IMG/VR virus record: IMGVR_UViG_3300025889_000381 | Span: 1-36,575 of that record | Reading direction: 5' to 3' (one strand) | Source: a virus | Lineage: Duplodnaviria; Caudoviricetes | DNA: 36,575 bases | In this document: one piece after another, positions 18,446 to 27,528 of the stretch | How positions within the stretch are numbered: the stretch's first letter is position 1 | Layout of the letters: the number at the start of each line of letters is the position of its first letter | Position numbers and translations under genes: made by a program | Notes under the pieces: generated by a model | What the model was told of the DNA's origin: nothing | Databases searched by the model: none | Seen by the model: the letters and a program-made list of their open reading frames with translations, nothing else

Positions 18446-18900
18446 TATTCTCTTATTTCAAAGTGAGGTCCATCTATAAATGGACGTTTGCCTTGAGATC
18501 GACGCAAATCAATGTAAGCGTTCATAGCCTCTTCCATCGTGCCTTCCCATTTACGAATGTCATCTATGTGCCACGCGGCACCCCACCGAATGGGAACCCC
18601 AACAATAACCGCAGCTTCTTTGATTGCATCCGCAAGATCATCGTACAGATTGAGTTCCCAAGACGCCCTAGAATTTACGAAGGCCATAACGTCGATTGCC
18701 TTGCCTTCAAGATGAAGGCTTTTCATGGTCTTGCTTGCGCCCTTTGCGACAAGTTCTTTTTGCTCATCTAAAGTTCTCAAACCCTGAATTACACCAAAGT
18801 CAGTTTTGGTTAACGTAATAGCATGTTTTGCCACTGCCTGTAGGCGTTCATCTACGCCTTCAAGCCTATCAAGGCTACGTCTACTTAATTTAAAAGTCAT
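18445..18900 (-). CDS. Endolysin, M15-family (L-Ala-D-Glu-type) zinc peptidase
   Basis: GLRTLDEQ..L..KGAS, SLHLEGKAID (SxHxxGxAxD) and DGPHFE motifs. Start MTFKLSRRS at 18900 is ATGA-coupled to the holin. Confidence 0.9.
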   Translation of the reverse strand: MTFKLSRRSLDRLEGVDERLQAVAKHAITLTKTDFGVIQGLRTLDEQKELVAKGASKTMKSLHLEGKAIDVMAFVNSRASWELNLYDDLADAIKEAAVIVGVPIRWGAAWHIDDIRKWEGTMEEAMNAYIDLRRSQGKRPFIDGPHFEIRE

Positions 18901-19355
18901 GATTTTACCTTCATGTATTTCGATAAGGCCCTGTTTCCAAACCAAAAACTCATAATAGCCGCAAACAACGCAGAGGTTTCGCTATCCCAAAGAATAGATA
19001 AAGACCTGCCTAAGTCATGCCCTGTTTCCATAAGAGCAAACAAAGCCGTTATTTTAATGGCAACGAAAAGCCCAAAAAAACAATAAGTAATGACAGGACG
19101 GACAGAGCCTCGAAGTGCATTGATAAAACCTCCCGCATCCATACTATCATGCTTGTACAACCCTTCCGCTTCTTTGATGTCCGCTTCCTTATCCATCATA
19201 TTTAATTTCAGTTCCGCACGTTTTGACATCAGGTCCATCTCAACCTGCATTTTTTCCAAATCGTGCTTGTGCTGCTGATTTGCCTTAAAGTAGTTAAGAA
19301 CCTCTGGTAAAAAAGAAGTTCCAAACCCAAGGAGGCTTCCCAAAAGCGTCATCAT
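18897..19355 (-). CDS. Putative holin (3-TM type)
   Basis: Hydrophobic N-terminus, coiled coil, SVRPVITY plus TM segment, and FWFGNR C-terminal motif. Lies directly upstream of the endolysin. Start at 19355 by ATGA overlap. Confidence 0.72.
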   Translation of the reverse strand: MMTLLGSLLGFGTSFLPEVLNYFKANQQHKHDLEKMQVEMDLMSKRAELKLNMMDKEADIKEAEGLYKHDSMDAGGFINALRGSVRPVITYCFFGLFVAIKITALFALMETGHDLGRSLSILWDSETSALFAAIMSFWFGNRALSKYMKVKS

Positions 19356-19555
19356 TTTTTCTCGCTCCCCAGCCACACGGCTATTGTCCCCGTCATGGCC
19401 CCACTGACTACTGAAATCATCGCGGATTGCTGCGTTGATAAATCAGGCAAGCTCATTCCCCATTCAATGACGCGGATGTACATGATGGTCATAACTAACA
19501 TCATGAAACGCGGCATTATCTTCCAAGCTAAAATCTTTTCCATAGCTACAGTCAT
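19352..19555 (-). CDS. Small two-TM membrane protein (lysis cassette)
   Basis: 67 aa with two hydrophobic helices. GGAGG RBS. Confidence 0.62.
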   Translation of the reverse strand: MTVAMEKILAWKIMPRFMMLVMTIMYIRVIEWGMSLPDLSTQQSAMISVVSGAMTGTIAVWLGSEKK

Positions 19556-19786
19556 TTAGACCTCCATATCTATGATACTACCCTGCGGCTTTAAGCCGCT
19601 ATTAGCTTTGCCAAACCTATCATAACTGATCATTAAATCAAGCTGTTGTCTCTCCAGCGCCTTAGCGAGCTTGTGAGCGCGGTTATGCACCTTTTGGACC
19701 TCTTGCTGCGCTTGATGGTTCTCAATGCTTTCACGAGATCTCTCAACTTGTATTGCAAACGGTAAATTTCCTACTGGCTCAAGCAT
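19556..19786 (-). CDS. Hypothetical protein
   Basis: 76 aa, tightly packed between neighbours. Confidence 0.55.
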   Translation of the reverse strand: MLEPVGNLPFAIQVERSRESIENHQAQQEVQKVHNRAHKLAKALERQQLDLMISYDRFGKANSGLKPQGSIIDMEV

Positions 19787-20246
19787 TGGCTAACCACACG
19801 AACCCAACAAGAGCACCCACTCCAAGGATAAACACAAATATCCCCGCCACCCACTCTAGGATCCTTTGTTTTATTTCCATGCGGCGAAACTCATGCTCAC
19901 GCTTTTGTTTCCTGATCTCCGCTTCGATACGAAGAAATTCCTGCCAATGAGATGGTCCCAGTATGGCTGGATGGCTAATAATCTCCCGTAATTCATCACG
20001 CATTCTCTGCGCTTGCTTCCTCGCAAGAAAAACCTCCATAGCTTGCGCTTGGACACCCCCACCCAATAGTTTGTACCACGGAGGCTTTTCTGCCATTTTT
20101 TCAGCCTGATCAATATCAGCCATGCAGTTGGCCCATTGCTGTAATTGCTGGCCCATGTCTTGGAGATCCCGGCCGACTTGAACGCCTTTTTTCAAAAAAC
20201 TATAGGCCGCTTGTGCACCAGCTATCGCAACACTTATTTCAATCAT
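19779..20246 (-). CDS. Coiled-coil protein with C-terminal TM helix
   Basis: 155 aa from MIEISVAIAG. The start overlaps the stop of 20243-20407 (ATGA). C-terminal WVAGIFVFILGVGALVGFVW. Confidence 0.68.
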   Translation of the reverse strand: MIEISVAIAGAQAAYSFLKKGVQVGRDLQDMGQQLQQWANCMADIDQAEKMAEKPPWYKLLGGGVQAQAMEVFLARKQAQRMRDELREIISHPAILGPSHWQEFLRIEAEIRKQKREHEFRRMEIKQRILEWVAGIFVFILGVGALVGFVWLANA

Positions 20247-20407
20247 GTGTCGTAAATCCTCGCGGGGCATACGTAGCTGGGGGGTACTACATAGGTCTTA
20301 TCATACCACATATAAGGGGGTCTGTCATACCCGCAGTCGTACACACAAACCTGATAAAGACCTAATGCGAAAGATTGGCCCCAGAATATGGCGACCAAAA
20401 CACACAT
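20243..20407 (-). CDS. 54-aa Cys/aromatic-rich mini-protein, copy A (absent from the ORF track)
   Basis: MCVLVAIFWGQSFALGLYQVCVYDCGYDRPPYMWYDKTYVVPPSYVCPARIYDT. Fills the gap between neighbours and is 39/54 identical to 35318-35500. Confidence 0.8.
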   Translation of the reverse strand: MCVLVAIFWGQSFALGLYQVCVYDCGYDRPPYMWYDKTYVVPPSYVCPARIYDT

Positions 20408-20411
20408 AAAT

Positions 20412-20645
20412 TTATCGTTCCATCAAACGATCTATTTTTTCTTCGATACGATCAAACCGCGCTACGATTTGATTCATCACATAAGAGCTATCAGTTTTAG
20501 TAACGTACTCTTTTGCCATTTCTTCCCTTGTTTTATTGAGAAGAATTTGGATGCGCCCAAGTTCATCATGCTGGGACTTTAACCACCAGCCCAAACCGCC
20601 AATGGCAGTTAACAAACCTATATTTATGAGCGCATCCATTTCCAT
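20412..20645 (-). CDS. Small membrane-anchored coiled-coil protein
   Basis: 77 aa with an N-terminal TM segment, then EYVTK...RFDRIEEKIDRL. Confidence 0.65.
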   Translation of the reverse strand: MEMDALINIGLLTAIGGLGWWLKSQHDELGRIQILLNKTREEMAKEYVTKTDSSYVMNQIVARFDRIEEKIDRLMER

Positions 20646-20866
20646 TATTCTGCTGCTATCTCTTGAGTTTCAGATTTCAAGGATTTCTTGAGCATATCCA
20701 TAAATGCCTGACGACCCACTTGCAATTGCGTTATATTAAATTGCGCGGATGAAATCTTTTGATCAAGCGAACCAATATGGTTTATACAAGCCTTTGCTTC
20801 GTCTGATAGCTGGTCTTCAGTGTATTCCACGTCATCAATCGTAATGACCTTTTTTTCTTCAGTCAT
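20645..20866 (-). CDS. Hypothetical coiled-coil protein next to tail fibre genes
   Basis: 73 aa with ITIDDVEY motif. Strong AAGGAG RBS. Confidence 0.7.
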   Translation of the reverse strand: MTEEKKVITIDDVEYTEDQLSDEAKACINHIGSLDQKISSAQFNITQLQVGRQAFMDMLKKSLKSETQEIAAE

Positions 20867-20891
20867 TTTGATCTCCTTTTAAGTTAGGTTG

Positions 20892-21212
20892 CTATGCGTC
20901 CCAAGGGTTGCCTGATGCTTCCGTTGGGTTTTTCTGGTTCTCAATGTTTTCAGCGAGAGCCGCTTCCGTATCCGCTTGGCTTACGCTACCCCAAACCCAG
21001 CCTTGAGCCATAGTTTCGGTAACGTCCGCATAGGGTACGAAATCTGGTGATGATGGGTCTGGTGTTAGCCCCACCGTGCCGTAAGAGGAAGCCATATATG
21101 TGTCTTCTCCTACTGTCTCTGACGCTGTGCAGCTCCAATGTACTACGTTAATCCCCCCTGTTGCGATTTCATGTTCGCAGGTGGGGATTGTCCAATCGTA
21201 TGTTATTGCCAT
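20892..21212 (-). CDS. Acidic tail-fibre-associated protein (possible assembly chaperone)
   Basis: 106 aa from MAITYDWTI with AAGGAG RBS. Contains VVHW, FVPYADVTE...WV and C-terminal PW. Function inferred from position. Confidence 0.65.
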   Translation of the reverse strand: MAITYDWTIPTCEHEIATGGINVVHWSCTASETVGEDTYMASSYGTVGLTPDPSSPDFVPYADVTETMAQGWVWGSVSQADTEAALAENIENQKNPTEASGNPWDA

Positions 21213-21225
21213 TGTCAGGCTCCTT

Positions 21226-21534
21226 TCAGTTAAGTTGTCGTCTTTCAATCAGATGCTCTGGCAGGAAGCTGTATTCGTAACCAGAGTGCTCGTCTTGAAG
21301 ACGCCGAATTTCCTGCGGGTCATCGCAGATGATAACGTCAATATACTCCCATCCAGCAAAAACCGCATACTGCAAACGGCATTCGCCGAACTGCAATTCG
21401 TGGTCGCTGTTTACAACAATTGGGTTCACCATACCGTGTTCTGCAATATGAGCGTGGATGCGTTTCTGCCGCTCAAACACAGCCCACTGCTTTGGGTCCG
21501 TTGCTGTTTTCACTTCACTGACCTTCAAGCGCAT
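21226..21534 (-). CDS. Stand-alone ParB/Srx-like N-terminal domain protein
   Basis: 102 aa. IAEHGMVNPIVVN...LQFGECRLQYA...GWEYIDV matches the G-x3-PI-x-V...G-x2-R pattern. Confidence 0.55.
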   Translation of the reverse strand: MRLKVSEVKTATDPKQWAVFERQKRIHAHIAEHGMVNPIVVNSDHELQFGECRLQYAVFAGWEYIDVIICDDPQEIRRLQDEHSGYEYSFLPEHLIERRQLN

Positions 21535-24331
21535 TTAGGCGAGCCTCAAGTGCTTCGATTTTGGTCAGTGCCTCTTGCAGTGCAGCGGTCAGCAAGGGGA
21601 CCAGCTTGGAGTGGTCAATGGCCTGCATCTCCTCGCCGTCTTTCTCGCCAGTGACAGCCTCTGGCACGACCTCTTGGGCCTCATGTGCGAGGAAGCCATC
21701 CACACGGGTGCCATCGACTTTCCACGCAAAGTTTACTGGGTTGAGAGCAAGCACACGGTCAGATGCACCAACCATAGGCTGCACATCTTCTTTTAGGCGG
21801 TAGTCGGATGATGTGTTATAAGATGTGGCAGATGCGGTTATGCCGACAGAGCCTACATTTCCCCCAGAAGCGTTCATGAAGTAGATTGGCACGGTGTTAT
21901 CGGCGGCTGGCCTCATTACCATTCCATACTCAGTACCCGCCCCACTATATTTGACTGTCAGGCGGTTGGTAATACCCTCAGTGCCAGTTGTCCCCAATCT
22001 TAATGATCCGGCGCTGTCGATGCGCATGCGTTCTGCAGCGTTTGTTCTGAAGTACATATGGTCAGTACTATGAATATAACCTATAACACCAACGTCAGTA
22101 TCAGCAGTATCAGCAAAATAGAGAAAACTACCACCTGTAGTATTTCCAGTTTGTATTTTCAAAACACAGTCGCCACTTGGGTGAGTAAATGTCCCCCACC
22201 CTGCAACATCTAGCTTATAGCCAGCTTCAGGCGAACTCGTCCCAATACCAACATTACCGCTGCCCATAATAGACAGCCTTTCATCAGAAACAGCATCACC
22301 TGCAACAGAACCAACAAAAAAGCCTAGCCTTCTGTTTGCTTCAGTGCTGTTATTGAAAGACATGATGTACATGTCTTGTTGGTTTCCACCAAACCTCAAG
22401 GCATTGTAAACGCCATCTCCTACACCACTATTGCCAAGAACTAAGGTTTCATTAGAATTAGCTTGTGTAACATCCGTTGATGTGTGAGCGGTTTGAACAT
22501 GCAATTTACCACTAGGCGAACTTGTCCCAATGCCAACATCACCTCCTGATGTAATGCGCATGCGCTCTGTGAATGTCCCGCCGCCTGTTGCATCAACAGA
22601 AAACAAAGTGTTCCCACTTGCTGTTTGTAATCGAAAGCCTTTGTTAGCATCGTTACTATCTTTTAAAGTTATAAAAGGTTGGAAGCCGTTTACATTAATA
22701 GCATCTTGTGCATCCACAGTCAGCCCATCGCTGGTCAAAGTACCCGTGATGTCTACGCCTGTGCTGGTGGTGGCAAATTTTTGTGCGTTGTCGAAATATA
22801 GTTTAACGTCTGAGTTTTCATTAAACTGCGCAGTTTGCTCACCTGTTGGACTTTGCACATTCATCTGATTTGATTGCAGCAATAAAACGCCTGTTCCATC
22901 ATCCCTGATGTAACTATTAGTCCCATCATGATAAATCTGTAGGTCAGACCCTGCGCCGAAGATGGCTTTGTCGCTGTCGCCGAAAGTCATATCACCAGAG
23001 GTTACAAAGCTAGTACCTGTGATTGTAGTACCAGTGATTGCGGCAGCACTGTTCGCACCGATGGTTGTGCCGTCAATCTCACCAGAAGCAATGTCCACCT
23101 TGCTAATGTCCACCTCGCCTGTACCGTTAGGTGTCAGGGCAATGTTGCCATTGGTATCTGTGCTGGTAATGGCATTTCCGTTAATGTTAATGTTATCAAC
23201 ATCAAGATCAGTATTAATTACAACCGTACCAGTACCATTTGGCGATATGTTTACATCGCCATTGGTATCTGTGCTTGAGATCGTGTTGCCATCGACCTTG
23301 ATGTTATCAACCCGAAGATCAGTAACCGCAGAGTTAGTACCGATTGTTACGCCATCAATAGCACCACCGTCAATGTCCACCTTACTGATGTCAACTTCAC
23401 CAGTGCCATTAGGCGTTAAGGCAATATTACCATTGGTATCTGTGCTTGAAATTGTATTGCCATTTACGTTGATATTATCAACATCCAAATCACCAGTTAC
23501 GTCTACTGCACCAGTTATTGTCATAGTTGTCGTGTTAACCGTAACCGTGGTCGAAGCGTCAATGTCCAGCGTCGGCGCAACAATCTCCACCTCGACGTCA
23601 GCGTCGATGTCAAGCTGCCCGTCCGCGGACGAACTGATCTTGAGCGCCGTATCGCGGAACTGCAATTCGTCTGTTGTGGTCATCTGGATGTTGGTGCCAC
23701 CAGATGTATTGCCATTTGCTAGAACCTCGGACAGTTCGTTGTTGGCACCAACCTGTGTATCTACATACGCCTTGATCGACTGTTGTGTTGCCAAGGCGGT
23801 CGCGCTGTCGGACGCCATGTTGTCTTCGTCTAGGATTGCGGTCACCGACACGCTGCCCAAGCGCAGGCTGTCAAAGTACGCATTGTTAAAGACGTTCGCC
23901 GCTACCGCGCCCGTGCCTGCGCCGTCGAAGAAAACTACCGCTGTCGTTCCCGCAGGAACCTCATAGTCGTTTGATGCATTGTACGTGCCTTGAAATAGCA
24001 AAATACTACGTGAGCCAGATAAACTGTTACGCACATAAACAATCTTTTCCGCGTCATTTGGCGTTAGCTGCACATAAGCTGTTCCACCCAGATCAGAGCC
24101 ATCATTGAAGATAACCAAACGATTGCGACCATTAGAAGCAGATCCATCTGATATTGGAAGCGTATTTGGCGAGCCAGAAGTTCCTGTTGCTGCCAACGTA
24201 ACAGTCACTTGACCGTCAAGAGAAGCATCTAAAAGTTCAAGGTTTGTGTTTGTGGTAGAACCCCATGTACCAGACTGTTCGCCTGTAGCTATGAGTTCAA
24301 TACCGTTATTCGTTGTATATGTACTGGGCAT
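21515..24331 (-). CDS. Tail fibre with C-terminal intramolecular chaperone (peptidase S74)
   Basis: 938 aa. N-terminal GEQSGTWG..TNTNL attachment motif; ATQQSIKAYVD; three ISSTDTNG repeats; ERMRI..GxVGIGTSSP repeats; SDYRLKE..LNPVNF.WK..GFLAHE..VPEAV..SKLVPLL plus a coiled coil. Confidence 0.9.
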   Translation of the reverse strand: MPSTYTTNNGIELIATGEQSGTWGSTTNTNLELLDASLDGQVTVTLAATGTSGSPNTLPISDGSASNGRNRLVIFNDGSDLGGTAYVQLTPNDAEKIVYVRNSLSGSRSILLFQGTYNASNDYEVPAGTTAVVFFDGAGTGAVAANVFNNAYFDSLRLGSVSVTAILDEDNMASDSATALATQQSIKAYVDTQVGANNELSEVLANGNTSGGTNIQMTTTDELQFRDTALKISSSADGQLDIDADVEVEIVAPTLDIDASTTVTVNTTTMTITGAVDVTGDLDVDNINVNGNTISSTDTNGNIALTPNGTGEVDISKVDIDGGAIDGVTIGTNSAVTDLRVDNIKVDGNTISSTDTNGDVNISPNGTGTVVINTDLDVDNININGNAITSTDTNGNIALTPNGTGEVDISKVDIASGEIDGTTIGANSAAAITGTTITGTSFVTSGDMTFGDSDKAIFGAGSDLQIYHDGTNSYIRDDGTGVLLLQSNQMNVQSPTGEQTAQFNENSDVKLYFDNAQKFATTSTGVDITGTLTSDGLTVDAQDAINVNGFQPFITLKDSNDANKGFRLQTASGNTLFSVDATGGGTFTERMRITSGGDVGIGTSSPSGKLHVQTAHTSTDVTQANSNETLVLGNSGVGDGVYNALRFGGNQQDMYIMSFNNSTEANRRLGFFVGSVAGDAVSDERLSIMGSGNVGIGTSSPEAGYKLDVAGWGTFTHPSGDCVLKIQTGNTTGGSFLYFADTADTDVGVIGYIHSTDHMYFRTNAAERMRIDSAGSLRLGTTGTEGITNRLTVKYSGAGTEYGMVMRPAADNTVPIYFMNASGGNVGSVGITASATSYNTSSDYRLKEDVQPMVGASDRVLALNPVNFAWKVDGTRVDGFLAHEAQEVVPEAVTGEKDGEEMQAIDHSKLVPLLTAALQEALTKIEALEARLNALEGQ

Positions 24332-24340
24332 GGTTTTCCC

Positions 24341-25831
24341 CTATGCTGCTATGTCATCCCAGCCCGGAGTTTGAGATGGTGATTCATCACTCCAAGAAGG
24401 GGTAGAAGATGGTGTTATTGGAGTATAACTCGGATCTTGATTTGGAACAATAGGACCCCAAACAAGAACCTGTGCTACTTCACCTGTTCCAGAAACTCCG
24501 TCTGGAAACACATTTGATTTTGCCGTGACTGTAACCGATCCCACCTGACTTGTTGCAGAGACACCCGTTACATCAACATCTACAGGAAGAGAAACGACAA
24601 CTGACCCAACCTGACCTGTACCAGAAACGCCTGTGGCAGAAATATTAGCATCTGCTGTTACAGAAACCGAACCCACACCCCCTGTAGCCTCAAGCCCCGT
24701 TACGGAAACATTTGCCTCTGTAACAACTGTTACAGAACCTACTGATCCCGTAGCTGATAATCCCGTGACAGGAACATTTGCTTGAGCGTCAGCCGTGGCT
24801 GTTCCTACTTCGCCAGTTCCAGACAACCCGGTAACTGAGGTATTTGCTTTTGCAATTATAGTTACTGATCCAACAGATCCAGTAGCCTCTAAGCCAGTTA
24901 CATTTACGACTTCATTTTCATGAACGATTACACTGCCAACTTGTCCTGTAGCTGAAAGACCAGTTACATTTACGACTTCATTTTCATGAACGATTACACT
25001 GCCAACTTGACCCGTGGCTGAAAGACCAGTTACAGAGACATTTGATGCAGCATTTACTGTAACTGAACCAACAGATCCTGTGGCTGATAATCCAGTTGCG
25101 GGAACATTAGCTTGAGCATCAACGTTAACTGTTCCAATTTGTCCAGTTCCAGATAATCCAGTGACTGAAGCATTTGCTTCCGCGATAACAGTAATTGAGC
25201 CAACTGATCCAGTAGATGACAAACCAGTGACTGAAGTATTTGCTTCCGCGATAACAGTAATTGAGCCAACTGATCCAGTGGCTGATAGTCCTGTAACATT
25301 TATTGTTATGCCTTGAGCTACAGCCGCGCTTCCAACTTCACCAGTGCCAGATACACCTGTGACAGAAACGTTTGATTCTGCATCAGTGGCTACTGATCCA
25401 ACATTCCCTGTTGAAGACAGCCCTGTAACAGAAATATTTGCGTCCGCCGTTGTGGTAACAGACCCAACATTCCCTGTTGAAGACAGCCCTGTGACAGAAA
25501 TATTTGCGTCCGCCGTTGTGGTAACAGACCCAACACTTCCTGTTCCAGAAACACCTGTAACTGAAACAGTTTGTGAAATTGATGCAGTTACAGAGCCTAC
25601 TTGACCTGTGGCACTTAGTCCTGATGGAGAAACATTAGCTTCCGCAACAACTGTTACAGATCCCACACTGCCTGTAGCTTCAAGACCCGTAACAGGAACA
25701 TCACTTGCTCCTGATACAGTAACAGAACCAACTTGGCCTGTAGCAGCAACTCCCGTTACTGTTACAGGAAGTGGACTGCTCCAAGCCCCTTCAGACCATG
25801 TGCCTCGCCCCCAACCTGCAATAAGTGCCAT
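24341..25831 (-). CDS. Virion beta-repeat protein (about 20 x 22-aa VTGLSATGxVGSVTV repeats)
   Basis: 496 aa, Val/Thr/Gly/Ser-rich, with a GWGRGTWSEGAW N-terminus. Lies directly upstream of the fibre. Confidence 0.75.
   Translation of the reverse strand: MALIAGWGRGTWSEGAWSSPLPVTVTGVAATGQVGSVTVSGASDVPVTGLEATGSVGSVTVVAEANVSPSGLSATGQVGSVTASISQTVSVTGVSGTGSVGSVTTTADANISVTGLSSTGNVGSVTTTADANISVTGLSSTGNVGSVATDAESNVSVTGVSGTGEVGSAAVAQGITINVTGLSATGSVGSITVIAEANTSVTGLSSTGSVGSITVIAEANASVTGLSGTGQIGTVNVDAQANVPATGLSATGSVGSVTVNAASNVSVTGLSATGQVGSVIVHENEVVNVTGLSATGQVGSVIVHENEVVNVTGLEATGSVGSVTIIAKANTSVTGLSGTGEVGTATADAQANVPVTGLSATGSVGSVTVVTEANVSVTGLEATGGVGSVSVTADANISATGVSGTGQVGSVVVSLPVDVDVTGVSATSQVGSVTVTAKSNVFPDGVSGTGEVAQVLVWGPIVPNQDPSYTPITPSSTPSWSDESPSQTPGWDDIAA
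24894..25535. repeat. Three near-identical 66-bp tandem duplications
   Basis: Pairs begin at 24894/24960 (50 nt identical), 25158/25224 and 25398/25464. Confidence 0.9.
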
Positions 25832-25849
25832 TTCAATAGCCTAAATTAT

Positions 25850-26284
25850 TTAGGCTATACGAATAATCGCAGTGCTTGCGCCAGCAGTTGGGAAAACAAT
25901 TGTAAAGTCTCCCGCAGTAGACGTTTTGTCGGCACCAAAGTCGAGAACCACTACCGAAGGATCACCTGCCGCAGTATCGTTATAGATCAACGCTCCACGA
26001 GCCGTGATTGTCGCTGTAGAAAACGTCAAATCGGCAAAGTCAGCATACGCGGTTGTGCCAGATGTCGTAGGCGTAACGTTTGTTAATGTGCCGCCGCCAG
26101 CAGAATAACCTGTACCGCTAACCTCATTCGTGGCAGTATATGCGGTTGTAGCTGCTGTAAAGGAAGCACTGTTGGTGTACATTGCTAACTTAAAAGTATT
26201 TCCTGTAGACGCAGTAAAATCGTGTGTTGCAGTCATAAGCTCTTTTTTAAAGCTCGTACACATAAAGTTGCCAGTAAAGGCCAT
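25850..26284 (-). CDS. Putative virion structural protein
   Basis: 144 aa, MCTSFKKEL...FKLAMY...NEVSGTGYSAGG...ARGALIYN...VLDFG. Thr/Ala-rich, AGGAG RBS. Confidence 0.7.
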   Translation of the reverse strand: MAFTGNFMCTSFKKELMTATHDFTASTGNTFKLAMYTNSASFTAATTAYTATNEVSGTGYSAGGGTLTNVTPTTSGTTAYADFADLTFSTATITARGALIYNDTAAGDPSVVVLDFGADKTSTAGDFTIVFPTAGASTAIIRIA

Positions 26285-26285
26285 G

Positions 26286-26582
26286 TCACATTCTCCTTAT
26301 GAGTTCCGCAAGGTTTGAATGCCCTGCATCTGTAAGTGCATTATATACCGTAGTTCGATCACTTTTGATAGCCTCTCGTAAATAAAACTCGACGACTTTT
26401 GTAATCTGAAGCTCATAAACACGAGCTTGATCACGAATTGCAGGCGGTGCTGAGTCAGAAACACTTACAATTTTCTGAACGCACCGCTGTGCAATTTCTT
26501 CAGGCGTAAAGCCTCTTTTGTCCGTTGTATGAACCTCAATGCCAAAATCTTCTGGCAACCCTATATCCAAAGCAGGTATCAT
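26286..26582 (-). CDS. Hypothetical protein
   Basis: 98 aa, ATGA-coupled to the upstream gene. Confidence 0.65.
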   Translation of the reverse strand: MIPALDIGLPEDFGIEVHTTDKRGFTPEEIAQRCVQKIVSVSDSAPPAIRDQARVYELQITKVVEFYLREAIKSDRTTVYNALTDAGHSNLAELIRRM

Positions 26583-27226
26583 GTTTTCTCCCTAATAATA
26601 AGACCTGTGCGATACGCATCAGTAACCTCTTGAGACTCTCCGAAATTCTTAACACGAGAGAGTGCCTCAGTAAAACGCTGTGTATAATTCTGTATTAAAT
26701 CGCCTTCACCCTTCATAAACGTATATGCTTCAATAAGAGATCCATACAACAAAGCTACCGATGCATTTGTACTTAACCATGTTGTTCCACTTCCCGCGCC
26801 AGCCGTTAGTGATGCTGGACGATAAAAATAATGAAGTTCAACAGCATAATTAGAATCGGGCGTTGGACCTAAAATTAAGTTATCTATATCAAATTGCGCA
26901 TAATAACGAGGGGCACCAGTAGTTGCGCCATTTGGGTTAAAAGACTGAATAAAGTTTACATCTTTAAACAGCATAAACTCTTTATTACTACCATTCGTAA
27001 ACGAAAGACTAAATGGGGCAAGATAATCTGTAGGAAGCGCAAGATATTGATTGCTTGCGGTTAAAGTTCCGCTTTGATTTTTGCGAAACACTTCTAACTG
27101 AGCAATTTTTAAAATACGCTCCTCTGCGTTTTTAATAAATATATTAAGATTGTTTACAAAGGTTGTCTCTGTGTTCTCAGTGTAGTCTTGAATTGCAGTT
27201 TTTAGTTCATCGTATGTAAAACTCAT
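26579..27226 (-). CDS. Head-tail adaptor-like protein
   Basis: 215 aa, TYDELKTAIQDY..FI.NAE.RI...G.PRYYA...GPTPD..Y...LLYGSL.EA. This is an adaptor/tail tubular A-like pattern. Confidence 0.68.
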   Translation of the reverse strand: MSFTYDELKTAIQDYTENTETTFVNNLNIFIKNAEERILKIAQLEVFRKNQSGTLTASNQYLALPTDYLAPFSLSFTNGSNKEFMLFKDVNFIQSFNPNGATTGAPRYYAQFDIDNLILGPTPDSNYAVELHYFYRPASLTAGAGSGTTWLSTNASVALLYGSLIEAYTFMKGEGDLIQNYTQRFTEALSRVKNFGESQEVTDAYRTGLIIREKT

Positions 27227-27528
27227 GAGATCACCACTGTAACTTGCCCAACTTTACCAAATGCCTGCGGCGGACGTAGGTTTGGAGCCTCTACAAGAGG
27301 AATACCAACAAATACATCCAGTGGCTCAATACGGTCAGGTCTTGCATTCTCAAGAGCCTGCGGGTCTACAACCTTGCGAAACGGCCCAAGCTGCGGGTGT
27401 TTTGGCTCATACTCGTCGGGCCCCACAAGCAAGCCATTCCACTCGCGCTTCATTACCTTGTAAGGATAACGAAACCCGGAGCGGTCAGATATTGCCCATG
27501 AATCTTTTCCCGAAGCAAACTTAGCCAT
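27223..27528 (-). CDS. Hypothetical neck-region protein
   Basis: 101 aa, AISDRSGFRYPY...EWNGLLV..DEYEPKHPQL...ARPD. Abuts both neighbours. Confidence 0.65.
   Translation of the reverse strand: MAKFASGKDSWAISDRSGFRYPYKVMKREWNGLLVGPDEYEPKHPQLGPFRKVVDPQALENARPDRIEPLDVFVGIPLVEAPNLRPPQAFGKVGQVTVVIS

Noticed and set aside
22962-23966. 334-aa + strand ORF and other long antisense ORFs (e.g. 12677-13294, 21100-21654)
   Set aside because: They are antisense shadows of repetitive minus-strand genes with no recognisable motifs.
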